A DNA stretch of 64,000 bases from Piedraia hortae CBS 480.64 (taxonomy: Eukaryota): positions 82,217 through 146,216 of the forward strand of contig MU005963.1 of the NCBI GenBank assembly GCA_010093745.1, written 5' to 3'. Both the position numbers and the translations under genes were made by a program. Position 1 is the first letter of the stretch. Each line of letters begins with the position of its first letter. The notes under the pieces are model-generated. The model made no database searches. It saw only the letters and a program-made list of their open reading frames with translations, and was not told the origin of the DNA. Shown here piece by piece: positions 44,070 through 56,354 of the stretch.

Positions 44070-45314
44070 ATGGCTCCCAAGAAAGTCTCTTGCGGGAATA
44101 AGTCAACCACAGCAGGCTGTGGCACAAGAAGTCCACCGAAACAACTCGTAACACTAGAGCAACGAAGCGGGCCAGAACTACCTCGCCCATTGCGGGTGCA
44201 CCGCGTGCGCGTCGTCGACGACTGGAGGACTGGGAATATGGCTCCGACCCGGCGAAAGGTAGCGTGACCATAACTGACCTTCCAAGAATGAACTGATGGT
44301 AGATCTTCCAGATCGTACTCCTATCCGAAAAGATTCGGGCGCATCGCGTGAAAATCATCAACGACTGGAGGAGCGGGAAGACAGCTCCGACTTAGGGAAA
44401 GGTAGTAATGCCATAATTAACCTTACAATATAGAGCTGATGCAAGATCTACTAGGCCACAATAAAGATAAGCCATATAAACACAGGCCTCCGCCATTAGA
44501 CGGCTTGACGGCGGCGGCGCCCAGCCAGATTCGCGGTGGCCAAGTCCCGCGGTCGGTCTCTCCGGTAAGCTCTCCTTTTGGGTTGTCACTCGTAGCCTCG
44601 CCGCCGCCGCCGCACCATGAAGCCGTTAGTGAACTGGAAGTCAGTGGCTTGCAGGCATTCACGCTGGCCAGCCAGGCCGATGTGCACAATCGTAGGTTTT
44701 TGCTGAACTTCTCCAACGTGTGTTTGAGTTTGAATGATGAACTCTCGGCCAACTAAACCTCTCAAGCAACCGGCGCGCACAAGGGATGCTTTGGTATTGC
44801 ATGTCCTGCTGGCCGTCAGCAAGCGACAAGACCGACCAGAGACTGAGCTCCGCCAGTCTCAATCAAATCTGACAGACGCGGAACAAACAAAGATCTTTGC
44901 CAGCATACGTCTTTCTGGATCACCCCTCGGGCTATATCGAGGTTTGCTAACCTTTCTATAGCGGGGCCACGAGGCTTGCCGAAAGGTCCTTCGCTGGGAC
45001 GAATCCGATCCCGCAGTCTGGAAGGATGAGCAGTCGATCGCGGTGAGTACTAGTGTCTCACATTCGAATATTCGGCTGACACTTACCGCTAGGCCACGCT
45101 CGTTCGTAGGGGCGTGTTGAAAGAGAATTCTGGCCCAAGGCTGTTGGCTGCCATCGGTCACTCAAAGACCACCGATCTGTCGAGACTTAGAAGCCTCCTC
45201 GGCAAGCCCAACATGAAAGCTGCCCTCTTCAATGTTGTGCAGCATCTGACAGGCAAGAAGTCTAAGTTGACCCCCGATCAAGAGTCGGAGGCACAAGCTG
45301 ACGAAGACAGATAG
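44070..45314 (+). pseudogene. Probable decayed orphan gene with an internal duplication
   Basis: Fragmented ORFs, a canonical-looking intron (GTGAGT..GCTGAC..TAG, about 45043-45092), and a 143-bp-period duplication at 44193-44424. Confidence 0.35.
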
Positions 45315-45316
45315 TA

Positions 45317-45674
45317 TGTATGAGTGAGAACGATGGATGGAAAGTAGAGATGTGTTTTATGAGTGAATACAAGTATATCTTCGAGGGAACATCAGAGAAT
45401 ATATTCTGGGCTGGAAGGCCCGTGCGTAGCCTCGTATGAAGAGTCATCAATTGTATGACCATAAGCAAGTGGTCATACATGCAGTAAGACTGTCAGCATG
45501 CAGTCTTACTCCATGACTCACCTCATAACAGTAGCAGGGCGCATTCACCATGTCGCATGCGACATGACCCTGAGGGAAACCTCTGTGAGGACAAAACCTA
45601 GGGTGCAGCTGCTGGTGTAAGAGGTGTCGCGCAGTGGCATCGTACACTGATAGCAACGAGACTTCATGCCAACA
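45317..45674 (+). mobile_element. Diverged LTR related to family A (A-prime, about 358 bp)
   Basis: TGTA...CCAACA termini at family A spacing; 45533-45630 is clearly homologous to the family A core. No TSD, so the left boundary is uncertain. Confidence 0.65.
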
Positions 45675-46705
45675 CAAGCCAGGTCCGCCGCCATATGGGC
45701 AAGCAACAGGACCCCTCTTCAAATGACCATTAACCGACTGCTTCTCGTAGCGGTGGAAAGCCGCCAAAGTTTTTCAGCCTTCCACCACGACAAAGGACTC
45801 TGAAGATGCCAGCGCGGCCTTCGAGAGGGGGTCAGGTGACTGGAAGGCTGCCCTTCTGAGAAGGGATGTCCAGAAATGAGGCTTCCGAGACTCCAACAAC
45901 AACAATGCATAGATATTTGTATATGGCCAGTCACACATCCAACGAACTACAATTCTATCATCATCGGATGAACACATGGATGTCATGACAATTGGCAGTG
46001 ACAGTCATGGAATTGAGCCAAGACGGTGACAGTGTCAGTACATGATTATCCTGGAAACCATAATTGATAATCGCTGTACGCGATCATGATAATCAGGACA
46101 TTCTTAAGATGATCATTACTGATGATCTAGTCGGGATTGGTTCATGGTCAGTGATTATCATACCATTCCCATACTGTGTGATCACTGGTCATCATACAAC
46201 ACATCACAGGATAATCACAGGTGCTGAAGTGGCAGTGTAGTTCTTTATAACGCTTCTTTGCGACGTTCGTTGAAAACTCAGTTTCCGGCGCTAGCATTTC
46301 TCCTTCGAGATAGATGTCCCATTCACCAGGTTCACAGCCAAATTCTGGCGAGTACAACCGAATATCCTGCATCATCTTGCGTCTCTGTTATACTTGTGGG
46401 TAGATATGTACCAGTATATATACAAGTCTCTGTTGTGCAGGTCGCCACGGAGCGATCCGCAGGTGATGACCCACATCCCTGACCAGGATTCGAGTACTCA
46501 GAAATTTGCTTGTAGCTCTAGACACGCGTGTATACTGACACACCTGTGAGGTGCCGCTGCTTATTAGAACCGTCTCTACAGAAAAATAATTTACGCGCAG
46601 AGCAACGATTACTAATAATGCGCGTAATATACCGTATATTCACAACAGTCTCGCGAACCCAAGATGCACCAGGAACGGACATTAAAGTTAGTGTGGCTTA
46701 ACATT

Positions 46706-46783
46706 ACTGCCTTGGGTAACAAAGGCGCGAAGGCTGATAGCCTCATTGCCTTGGGCAACAAAGGCGTGAAGGTTGACAGCCTT
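46706..46783. repeat. 39-bp tandem duplication (2 copies)
   Basis: AYTGCCTTGGGYAACAAAGGCGYGAAGGYTGAYAGCCT twice; the copies differ only by C/T changes. Confidence 0.8.
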
Positions 46784-47187
46784 AATGTTCATGCTTGCAT
46801 GAGCTCGTATGAGATGCGCGAAACTAACCGTGCTTGCTCATGTTATATCGGAAAATTACAATCGACGGGTACGAAAGTATTGTACCTTTCCATGATTTTA
46901 AGTTCTGAATCCGGCCACAGTGAGGTGTCACTCCATTGGCATATTTTCGCGAGAGATCGTGCATGAGGGACAATATAGGTTCAGGATGACTCCCCATAGT
47001 CAATCCAAGCGGACTGGATTTGCCTTTCCCGGGTGATTGCTAGACGTCGCACGAGATGCATGCGGTTGTGTAGTCATACTACAGCCTAACACTGCCGCCT
47101 GATGTACAGCCTTTTAGCCTTGTGAACACAAACCTCCATAAACAATCGCTCGGATCTCTATAAAACATTACGCAGCCCTCCACCCTG

Positions 47188-47502
47188 TTGCAACATGCAA
47201 ATCATGTCAAATTCAACCATCCATACCTTGGAGTGTGCATCGAAGAACAAAGGGCGCGCAACGCCGCTCAAGACATCCAGATCAAGGCTTTAGAACGCAA
47301 CCTCTCCGAGCTAACAGAAGCTGTGCGGTATATGGAGCGGAGGCAAAATCGGTTCCGCACTGAGTTGAACAAGAAGGACACGGTCGAAAAGGAGTGTGCG
47401 TCGAACGCTCAGAAGGCAGTGGATAGGGTTAAAGCTTTGGAAAAGAGGTGTTTTGCTCCCGAACGGAATATTAAGCCTCCTCAGAGGCAACGGCAAAAGT
47501 AG
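47188..47502 (+). pseudogene. Short coiled-coil ORF fragment, possibly paralogous to 34217-36423
   Basis: No ATG start in this frame until late; KAVDRVKALEKRC resembles TAVEKVKAVEGKC at about 35780-35820. Confidence 0.35.
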
Positions 47503-48169
47503 GGTTGGAGATGGTGTACATGGTTGGACATGACGGGGGTGAGTGAATGTATCATTGAGTCTATCATGGTGTTTACTACGGGCAATTTCGCGGCCTCGTA
47601 ATGATCCTCTTTGTTCGTTATTTAGCAAAACCAAAGTGAAGAGATGGAACTCTGGATTTCTTTAGCGAACCGTGTGGTGTTATGTATTGGTTTCCTGGAA
47701 AAGGGATTGCTGGGTGGCCCAGTTAGAAATCGCAGGGCGTCTTGATTCTCCATCACGCAAGCCCTCCCTTAGGTTATGAAAATCGTCCAATTGTTTTCCT
47801 GCACCCAACTTGTCCGCTTACCATGCAGCAACTATGAACAGCAGTCAGGCGTGTGGCATCCAGCCTTATCAACTTGTAGATAAAGTCCATCCTGGCGGAG
47901 GCATGCACCCGGGCGCATAATTGCTCACGTACAAAACACGCACAAAGACCCAAAGCATACAATCCACGCTGTTCACGAGCAAAATCTGGCTTGCCAACCA
48001 AGAGCTGCACTGTCTATGCAGGTTATGTGACACAGCGGTAGTTATTTCACAGATGTCGGCTAGTTTCATGCATGCACGCCACACTTACCCCACCTTCTCG
48101 GGCCTCATCCTTGGGGATCCTCCATCACGACTCGAAGTTGGCTTTTCCACACTAGATCCTTGGCCCAGC

Positions 48170-51100
48170 ATGCCCGTAGGGCTAAAGCGGTGGAAATCGA
48201 GAAAAAAACCGAACATCTCGACCCCAAACTCGTCCACTCCACAGGCTTCCACATCTCATCGTTCACACCCATACAACGCACCTGCAGCTCCACCCCAGAG
48301 CCCCTTCCAAGACGAAACCAGGTTTCTCCTTGATGCTGTAGCCAGTCTCTCACCCGACGAGCGCAAACTTATCGAGGAGCAATTTACCTCGAAGAGCGAT
48401 CTGGATCGAAATGCAGCTGAAGTACTGGCTTTGAGAGGCCAGACCCAAACCAAGAGATCGAATCAATGGATTGTCAGCACGAGGAAGATTGCGTGTCAGA
48501 TCATGCAATTCGCGCCGGTATTGGACGTCGCGACGAATGCGAAACCAGAAGTGCTTAGCTTGCCGTGGGCGGGGATTCGCTCTTTGTTGATGGTAAGTGG
48601 TGGGTTTGTGGAGCGATGACATTGGGTAATAATTTTGTTTTAGGTTGCTCAGAAGGTCCACGAGCAAAGTGAGTCAATTTTGACGGGGATTGAAACGGCG
48701 CTGGATACTAGCCGGCTGCTGAGTGTGTATTTTGATACATACAGCCAGATTAATGGCACGCCCGCGATTGGACATCTGTATCACAACATTGCCAAACTAT
48801 ACGGCCTTATTTTGAAGTTCTTGGCGCACGCGCACAAGACATGCGACATGAGCAAGTTAGAGCGTACGATGCATTCTCTGACTAGTGTGGTTATACCAAA
48901 CTTCAAAACGGATCACGATGGGATGCTGAAGACGGTTGAATCGCATGCAAGAGCGTGCGAGCTTGAGGTGTCGGAGGAGCAGCGGGCGTGGATCAACCAA
49001 CAGATGAGGGCGCTCACGAAGGCACAGGGAGAGATTAATGAAGGGGTAAAGGGCGTACAGCAGACTCTAGATCTGAGTGCTCTCCAAGGAGCTGCCGGGG
49101 CAGCTTACGACTCAATAGACTACCGCAATCACGACCACATTGGCGAAATGCAGTTGTGTCTGGGTGGTACCAGGATGGAGATCAGACGGAGGATCCTGGA
49201 CTAGGCCACTACTGCCAATGACCAAAGGATGTTTTGGCTCTCTGGGAAGGCAGGGACGGGTAAGTCTACGATTGCTCGAACCGTTGCCCACGAACTGGCG
49301 AAACAAGGGTACTTGGTAGCAAGCTTCTTTTTCAAGCGCGGACAGGGTGAGCTGAGTCGTGCGCGTAGTTTGTTTCCGACGATTGCCCGGCAAATGGCAG
49401 ACTTCATACCTAGCATAAGCCATGAGATTGCTGCCGCCTCGCGCGGCTCACCTCCGGTGACTGAGAGGTCATTGACAACTCAGTTTGAGACGCTGATAAA
49501 AGGGCCACTTTCAGGGTTTAGCACAGGTCAAGCGACAGATGTGAAAGTGATTGTTATCGATGCGCTGGATGAGTGTGAGGATTGGGGAGCGATCGGTCAT
49601 GCCATGACGCTTTGGCCAAGCCTTGACAACCATAATTCCCTGAAGTTGAGGGTGTTTGCCACGAGTCGATCAGACAATAAGATTGGGGATAAGCTCAGCC
49701 AATTGGGGGGCAAGGAGCTCCAGCACGAAAGGCTTGAACGATGGCAAGCGAGTACTATTAAAGATGACTTGAGACTCTTTTGTAACGACGAACTGAGAAA
49801 GCTTCGCGCACAGAGCAGGAATGAATCTAGCTATGATGAGCTAGAGGATGACTGGCCAGGAGATGCTGTTGTCGACAAACTTGTTGACATATCTCAACCT
49901 CTGTTCATTGCGGCTTCCACGATATTCAGAGAAGTTAGAAACAGTCCTCGGTATCGATTGCGTCAATGGGTTGATCGACTGAGCTTCACTGGTGCGAAAG
50001 CGCTCACCGAAATCTACACGAACATTTTGAACCAAGCTGCGAAACACGATCCGGAATGGCTCGACAAGTTCAGGCGAGTCATCAAGCCGATTGCAGTTCT
50101 GCGTGTCCCACTTATCATCCCGGCGCTTACGGATCTCCTGGGAGAAGGAGACGGCATGCTTGTTCCTAACGCTCTCAATTCTTTGAGTTCAGTAATTGAT
50201 TTCCCAAGTGGCAAGGAGGTGAAAGCTGGCTCACGGGCTACGGTACAAATATACCACGAGTCTTTCCGAGACTTTCTTGTGAATTCCAATCTCAAGGGCA
50301 AATCTCAATTCTGGACTGACGAGGGGGACGCACACGGCATTCTTCTGTCCAGATGCATAGACTTGCTAGAGAACAAGCTAGGTCGTGACTTGTGTAGGCA
50401 GAAAGATCCCGGGACGAAACGCGAAAACGTGTCAGCCGAACATGTCGAGAAGCATATTACTGAGTCGGTACAATATGCCTGTCGCAACTGGGTCAGCCAT
50501 GCAATTCTTAGCAATCAGCTGATTCAAAGTGACGGTCAGGTGGATCGTTTCTTGCGCACATGTCTCCTCTTTTGGACAGAGGCAATGGCTTGGCTGGACA
50601 AGCTTGGGGAAATGGTAATGTGCCTTAAGCAGCTGCAGACGGCTATAGACGTGAGTATCGTCTTCGGTCGAAGAGAGTGCAACTAATCCTTCACAGACGC
50701 AATTCTCACCTAATTTAGAGTCTTTTGTTGCTGATGCTTTACGGTGGGTACCAGCCTATCGGGGTATGATCAGCGATACACCGCTTCAAACTTATTTTTC
50801 AGCACTGGCTTTTGCGCCAAGCAACAGTATTGTGAGGAATAGCTTCGAGCATGGAATGAACGACTTCTGGGAAGCTTGGTCACCAGCCGCGAGTGACTGG
50901 GGTCCCGTATTGCAAACTCTTAGAGGGCATGCAGGAGTCGTATTGTCGATAACGCCGTCTATCGATGGTAAAAGGCTTGTGACCGCTGCCGCGGACAAAA
51001 CTATACGGTTGTGGGATATTGAAAGCGGTACTGAAGAAGAGTGTTTGAATGTCAACTCGTATTGTGTTGCTTCATCTCCCTCAGGAGAAGACCTTGTAAT

Positions 51101-52763
51101 TATTGCCGGCTTGGATGGAGATTTTTGGAAGTGGACGTTGAAAGGAGAAGCCAGAAGAGTCAAGTTGGAGCTGCCTGGCGTTGCAAGATGCGTCTCCGTC
51201 TCTGCAAATGGTCGATTAGCCGCTTGGGGCCTGGACACGGGTGAAATTTACATCTGGGATGCAAAAAGGGACACCGGAGGGGTTATTCAGGGGCACAGTT
51301 CTCATGTGTGGTGCATGGCATTCTCTTCCGATAACGAGACTTTGGTGTCTGGATCCACCGATATCTGGCAGTGGAGCATAACAGGTGGGCATAATATGAT
51401 TTACCAAGCAGAAACACACGTTCACCCTATGGCCATTTCACCCGATAACAAATTTGTTGTCTTTCACTCTGCATCAGACACAATAGCAATGTTTCATTGC
51501 GACACCCATGAAGTTGATCGGATCACGCAACCGGCGTTTAGCAATACTTATTCCCTAACGATCGCTACAAACAGCCAGAAGCTTTTGATTTCGACGTACC
51601 GAGGACTCTTCCTGTACGACCTCGCAACAAAAGCTAAGCAGAAAAGGCTGTCTTGGGCAGCCGACCCAATGACCATGATGACATTCTCGCCCGACGGAAA
51701 GGAAATTTGGTGCGGGCATCCGGGTGGATTGGTTCGACAGCTAGACGTGAATGTATTGATGAAACATCAGCAGGAAAGGAGTGGCAGCGCTACCATTGCA
51801 ATGTCGTCTGATAGCCGAACGCTTGCCTCATTGTCTCAAGATAGCCAGCTCAGTCTTTGGAACATTGAAACGCAAATCTGCAAACAACGATTGTCAGATG
51901 AGAGATTAGTCAATTTTCCTCTGCTTGAACGGCTCATCTTGATCTCATCGGACAACCGTTTCGTGGTCGTTGCTTCTTTAAAACCCCCCCGGCGCAGTGC
52001 GGTTTTCATATGGGACGTTGAAAAGGATGTATTGAGAGAGTCAAGGGACAAGCCTAAAAACATATCCGCTCTTGCGATCTCTCCAGACAACAAAAATCTC
52101 TTCTGCGGCTTGTACAGTGGCCAGATCTGGATCATCGACTTGAAAAATGGAACCAGACTAAAGACATTCACGGGGCATACAGAAAGTATCCTCGCGATTG
52201 CGTTTTCCCCAAATGGACAAGATTTTGCATCAGTATCAAACGATTCAACGATGAGGATATGGAGCTCTGAATCGCAAGCCCCGTTGATACTGAGCTTAAA
52301 AGCGCAGGGGGACAGTGTTTGTTTCTCAGCAGACGGTCAAAGAGTTTACACAGTCGATCCCTTTTACATACATGAATGGGACCTTGCAAAAGCATGCAAT
52401 TTGCGGAGAGTTGACAGGATAGGCCCCCCATTGCATGCTGGTTCCATACTGTTAAACGGTCGCTTTGTGGATGCGCGTTTTGCGCCTGTCCTTCACATGG
52501 TAGAAACCTATGAAGCTGACCAGGCTCAGGCATATGAATTCGCGTCTACCAAAGTCAATCCATTGTTTGGGGCCGGCGAACTCTGGGCCTTGCAATCATT
52601 CCGCCGCAGCATCGGATGGATAACTGTTAGTGGTCGAAAGATGCTCAAAACACCTCTTCCGTTAAATCCAAACCAATGGTTTTCGTACGGGCGGAGACTG
52701 GTCGTTCCTAACAATGAGACCGGCTTTCTTGTTTTAGAATTCGCCGGCAAGGTCTCCTTCTAG
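48170..52763 (+). CDS. NACHT-WD40 fungal NLR (HET-E/NWD-like architecture); exons 48170-48592, 48644-50650, 50697-52763; one in-frame TAG at 49202-49204
   Basis: N-terminal helical domain (LPWAGIRSLL), CLGGTR, WLSGKAGTGKS, VIDALDEC, TSR, PLFIAAST, HESFRDFL, then multiple GH..WD repeats. Both introns are canonical and keep the frame. Confidence 0.88.
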
Positions 52764-53900
52764 TGGCAGATACATTGATACCATCGTTCCTTTTCGAAAA
52801 AAGTGATATGTGATATGCAGTGTGATTGAAGAGTTATGCCATATCTTGTTATTGACGGCGTGCTTCCATCTTTACTGTTACCGCAAGACACTGGGTAATG
52901 TACGTCTATGATTTAGTCCTCCTGCACCACGAAGACCGAGTGCAAAGGGTGGAGTAGACGCCGAGATGCTGCTTACACATCCCCCGTGCCTCCTCATGGA
53001 AGGAGAACACGATTTTTGATCTTCCACTGATTGATGAAGTAGGCCTTTGGAGAACGGTAGAATAGCCCCAAAAGCAGGCAAATCGTGGTATCCGAGGAAA
53101 GAGATTAAGAAGAAAAGAAGAGAAAGAATATGAGAGTAGACTTCGCCATACTCTATGCGAAGCGTCTGGGAAGAAACGAGAGGAAAAGGCATGTTAGGCA
53201 AAACGCAGGTGACTCCACCCGCTACGGACCCGGAAGGGTTTCAGCGGAAGAGCCTAATAGACGCCTTGAAGGTTGATCTTGTACGCCAATATGACCATTC
53301 AGCCCACGGAAAAGGGAGATCTGTTGGTTGATTATGCGTTCGTGGTTATGAAGTGTGTGAGGAGAGAGGTGAGGCCGCGGAGGTTTTAAGGGGTGCGGGG
53401 CGAACGGCCAGAAGTCGTGGCCACGCTCGGCTGGTCCCGTCAGCGAACAACCTCACCTTATGGACCTTCGAGAAGAGAATTAAATCTCAAAGGCAATGAG
53501 AGGTATCATACGCTGTAGAGCTGAACAGTATCAATACAAAACACGTTACCCAAGGCCTCCAACCGTCCTCTTAATTTTATGAGGAAGTCGACCAGTCCCC
53601 AATTCCGGACACTGCCTTCCACATTGTTATCCTTCCCCGTCTATACTCTACGCACCAAACACTTCCCACCGATCCCCAAGACCTCAGACTACAACACAGT
53701 ATCACTGGAATCACTTCAAAGCTGATAACCACACCAGTAAAAATTACCCAAACGAAGAAAAAAAAGATCTACGAGTCATCCCCATCTACCAAGGGTATCA
53801 TCCTCCCCATGTTGCACCCATCTCTCGCTATCATCAGTTAGCCCCTCCCACCCAACATTAAACCCTACCACACCACTTCGCCTCCTCTCATCATTCAGCC

Positions 53901-56354
53901 TCACTTCCCCCTCCTCCTCCTGACGGGATAAACCTCATTCCAATTCATACTAATGCCGAGGAACCTCATCTCCAGATCCTTCTCATACGCAAGATCCCCC
54001 AGCAGTACACTAACCCTGAGTTGAAAATCCTTCGTAAGCCCCACCAAACGAGCCTTAATCGACTCCAAAGTCCCCTTATCTTGGCTCTTCCCCACGGGGA
54101 GTAAGGTCTGAATAGTGCTCGTCTCAGTCTCGTCCTCCTCCTCAGCTTCCGTGATGCCCCACCTCCCCGCTTTGAATTTCGTCTCCATGCGGGCCGCACG
54201 TTCCTGCTTCTTCGTAAACTCCGCTACACTGTACGAGTACAGCGCATCGACCGCATCTCGGTACGCGAGCATGAGCTTCAAGACCTCGTGAAGCTGTGTA
54301 GCGTAGTTCTCACCTCCGAGGAGTCCTTTGCGTGTTATGGAGCTGAGGTAGTCTTTATGAGCGGCGATGATCCCGTCTAAGGTCGCGTCGCGGCTTAGGG
54401 ATCCTTTCAGTTTCTCCCAGGCTGCTTCGATGACCTCGAAGAGGATGTAGTATTGTAACTGGGCGATGAAGTGGATCATTTCTGCTAGGCCACCGCGAGC
54501 GAGTTTCCAGTCTTTGTCGCCTGCGGCGAGGACGCCACGGGAGCCGGTTTGAACGCGGCGCCAGGTGCTGTCTAAGGCGAATTCAACGCGTTTGATTCGC
54601 CAGAGGAAGTTGAAGACTTTGAGGTATTGTTTGCTGGCCCAGGGGGTGATGACCACGTCGAGGGGGGAGTCGATGCGGTATTCGAGTGTGAAGACGTCCC
54701 AGCCGATTTCGCCGTGGGAGAGCTCGAGCATGCGTGCGTCGAGGCGGGAGAGGATCTCGGGAGGGTCATGTTGCGCGTTGGAGTGCAAGATGGAGTGTTC
54801 TAGCTGCGCGGTGAGGGTGTGGCGATATTGGGAGTTTGCGGGTCGGTCGAGGTTCTGGGAGAGGCTTTCCATGAGTAAAGCGATGAAGTCGCCCTGGCCG
54901 AGGAGGAGATAGTTCTTGAGTGCGGAGAGGTGGGCGAAGAGGGAGAATTTGGTTTCCATCAGGCTTATGAGCCAGGCCATGACAGTTTTGTATGCTTCGT
55001 CTATGCTCGAGCCTAGCGTGGCTGTGTCGCCGTAGACGAGTTCTCGTGAGGCAGATTTACTGTATTGCTCTACCCATGCACTGTCCCCACAGCCGTAGCG
55101 GATGAAGTTCAACGACTTGCCGATTAAGAAGACACGCTGGGCGAAGTCATAGGTTATGATCGTTGGTATCATGGCTTCCTTCAACAGATACTTGGATTCC
55201 CACACGCTGGTTGCCCCGCTGTCCTCGTAGTCGGTGTTTTGCCCAACAAAGAATTCCGAGTATGGATCCTCGAGTTCTCCATCGTAAATCCAGCGTTGAA
55301 GCATGCTGTAAAACGGCTTCGTAACGCTGGAGAGCAGCCGTTCCGCAAAGGAGTGGACAAACGGATCTCCGTGGCAAGTGGCCCATTTGTGAATGATGCT
55401 GATCAGCTCACCGCCCTTCTTGCCTTTGGCAGAAGATACGATGAGACCTATGAGTCGCAAGCCGAGTGTTGCATCTCGAGTCCAGATTACGCATCTTTTC
55501 AACGTTACGCCGGCTTTACCCAGCCCTTCCTCGTCCAACTGGATCAGAGCCCGCCGGATCTGTCCCTCGATTGTTGCTACCAGACCCAAGTACGAGCGGA
55601 GTTCAACGCCTACAGCAGCGCAAAGACCCTGCCCTACTAAACCCCCCTCGGAGGAGTCTACAAACTCGGACAAAGAACGATAAAGCAAGGATGGCTCGGC
55701 CAGGGTGTGTAGGAGGGCGATGATTGGAGTAGGGAGGGTCTTGGGTAAAGCCAAACAATTTGGCTCGGTGAAGGGCAAGTCAGTCGTTGAGAGGCCTTGC
55801 AGGGTAAAGGGGAGGTCTCGCAGCAACGAGGCTTCAGACGGATTCAGTTCTCCTTTTCCGTTTGTAGGTGGTTGCTCCTCTGGTACCGATTCCGACTTAG
55901 GGCGGCCCTTTGGGGTCGAATGAGGCATAGAAGGGGGCCCTCTGTCTCTGTCTTCTGCATCATATCTGGGTAGACCATTCCTTGCAAATGATTCGTCAGC
56001 ATAAGTGTTCGTTTCACCCTCAATGCCGCCTAGTCTCGCCAGAAATAGGAGAATGGCCCATTTGCGATCGAGGACAGGCTGAGCCAATAATCGACTGTAT
56101 AGGTTTCCAAACGCTGTCGCTCTCTCCGGTCCCGTGTTGTCTAGAATCAGACGGCGCTTGATGACGTCGGCTGCCTGATTGACATCGACATGAAGGCCAG
56201 AAGGCGCGTGATTGAACAAGGCGTTGCGCGCCAACGTGTTAGCCTCGTTCCAGCGTCGATCCGAAGCTGATTCATCTTCGCCGAGTCGCGGCTCAGGAAC
56301 GAGCCGTTCGAGCAGTTTTACCAATGCGCTCTCCACGCGTTCTTGGCTTGACAT
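53901..56354 (-). CDS. SPC98: Gamma-tubulin complex component GCP3 (Spc98/Alp6)
   Basis: LLRDLPFTLQG, HGDPFV, WIYDGELEDPY.EFFV, IGKSLNFIR, YLLLGQGDF, GWDVFTLEY and QYYILFEVIE motifs. Confidence 0.95.
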   Translation of the reverse strand: MSSQERVESALVKLLERLVPEPRLGEDESASDRRWNEANTLARNALFNHAPSGLHVDVNQAADVIKRRLILDNTGPERATAFGNLYSRLLAQPVLDRKWAILLFLARLGGIEGETNTYADESFARNGLPRYDAEDRDRGPPSMPHSTPKGRPKSESVPEEQPPTNGKGELNPSEASLLRDLPFTLQGLSTTDLPFTEPNCLALPKTLPTPIIALLHTLAEPSLLYRSLSEFVDSSEGGLVGQGLCAAVGVELRSYLGLVATIEGQIRRALIQLDEEGLGKAGVTLKRCVIWTRDATLGLRLIGLIVSSAKGKKGGELISIIHKWATCHGDPFVHSFAERLLSSVTKPFYSMLQRWIYDGELEDPYSEFFVGQNTDYEDSGATSVWESKYLLKEAMIPTIITYDFAQRVFLIGKSLNFIRYGCGDSAWVEQYSKSASRELVYGDTATLGSSIDEAYKTVMAWLISLMETKFSLFAHLSALKNYLLLGQGDFIALLMESLSQNLDRPANSQYRHTLTAQLEHSILHSNAQHDPPEILSRLDARMLELSHGEIGWDVFTLEYRIDSPLDVVITPWASKQYLKVFNFLWRIKRVEFALDSTWRRVQTGSRGVLAAGDKDWKLARGGLAEMIHFIAQLQYYILFEVIEAAWEKLKGSLSRDATLDGIIAAHKDYLSSITRKGLLGGENYATQLHEVLKLMLAYRDAVDALYSYSVAEFTKKQERAARMETKFKAGRWGITEAEEEDETETSTIQTLLPVGKSQDKGTLESIKARLVGLTKDFQLRVSVLLGDLAYEKDLEMRFLGISMNWNEVYPVRRRRGK

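Noticed and set aside
48170..48400. Amyloid signalling motif (HET-s/sigma/PP type) at the NLR N-terminus
   Set aside because: The N-terminus is Ser/Pro-rich without the N/Q/G pattern, and no adjacent HeLo or gasdermin effector gene is visible.
34000..53800. Starship giant transposon
   Set aside because: No tyrosine recombinase (captain) ORF at either edge and no boundary direct repeats seen; NLR cargo alone is not sufficient.
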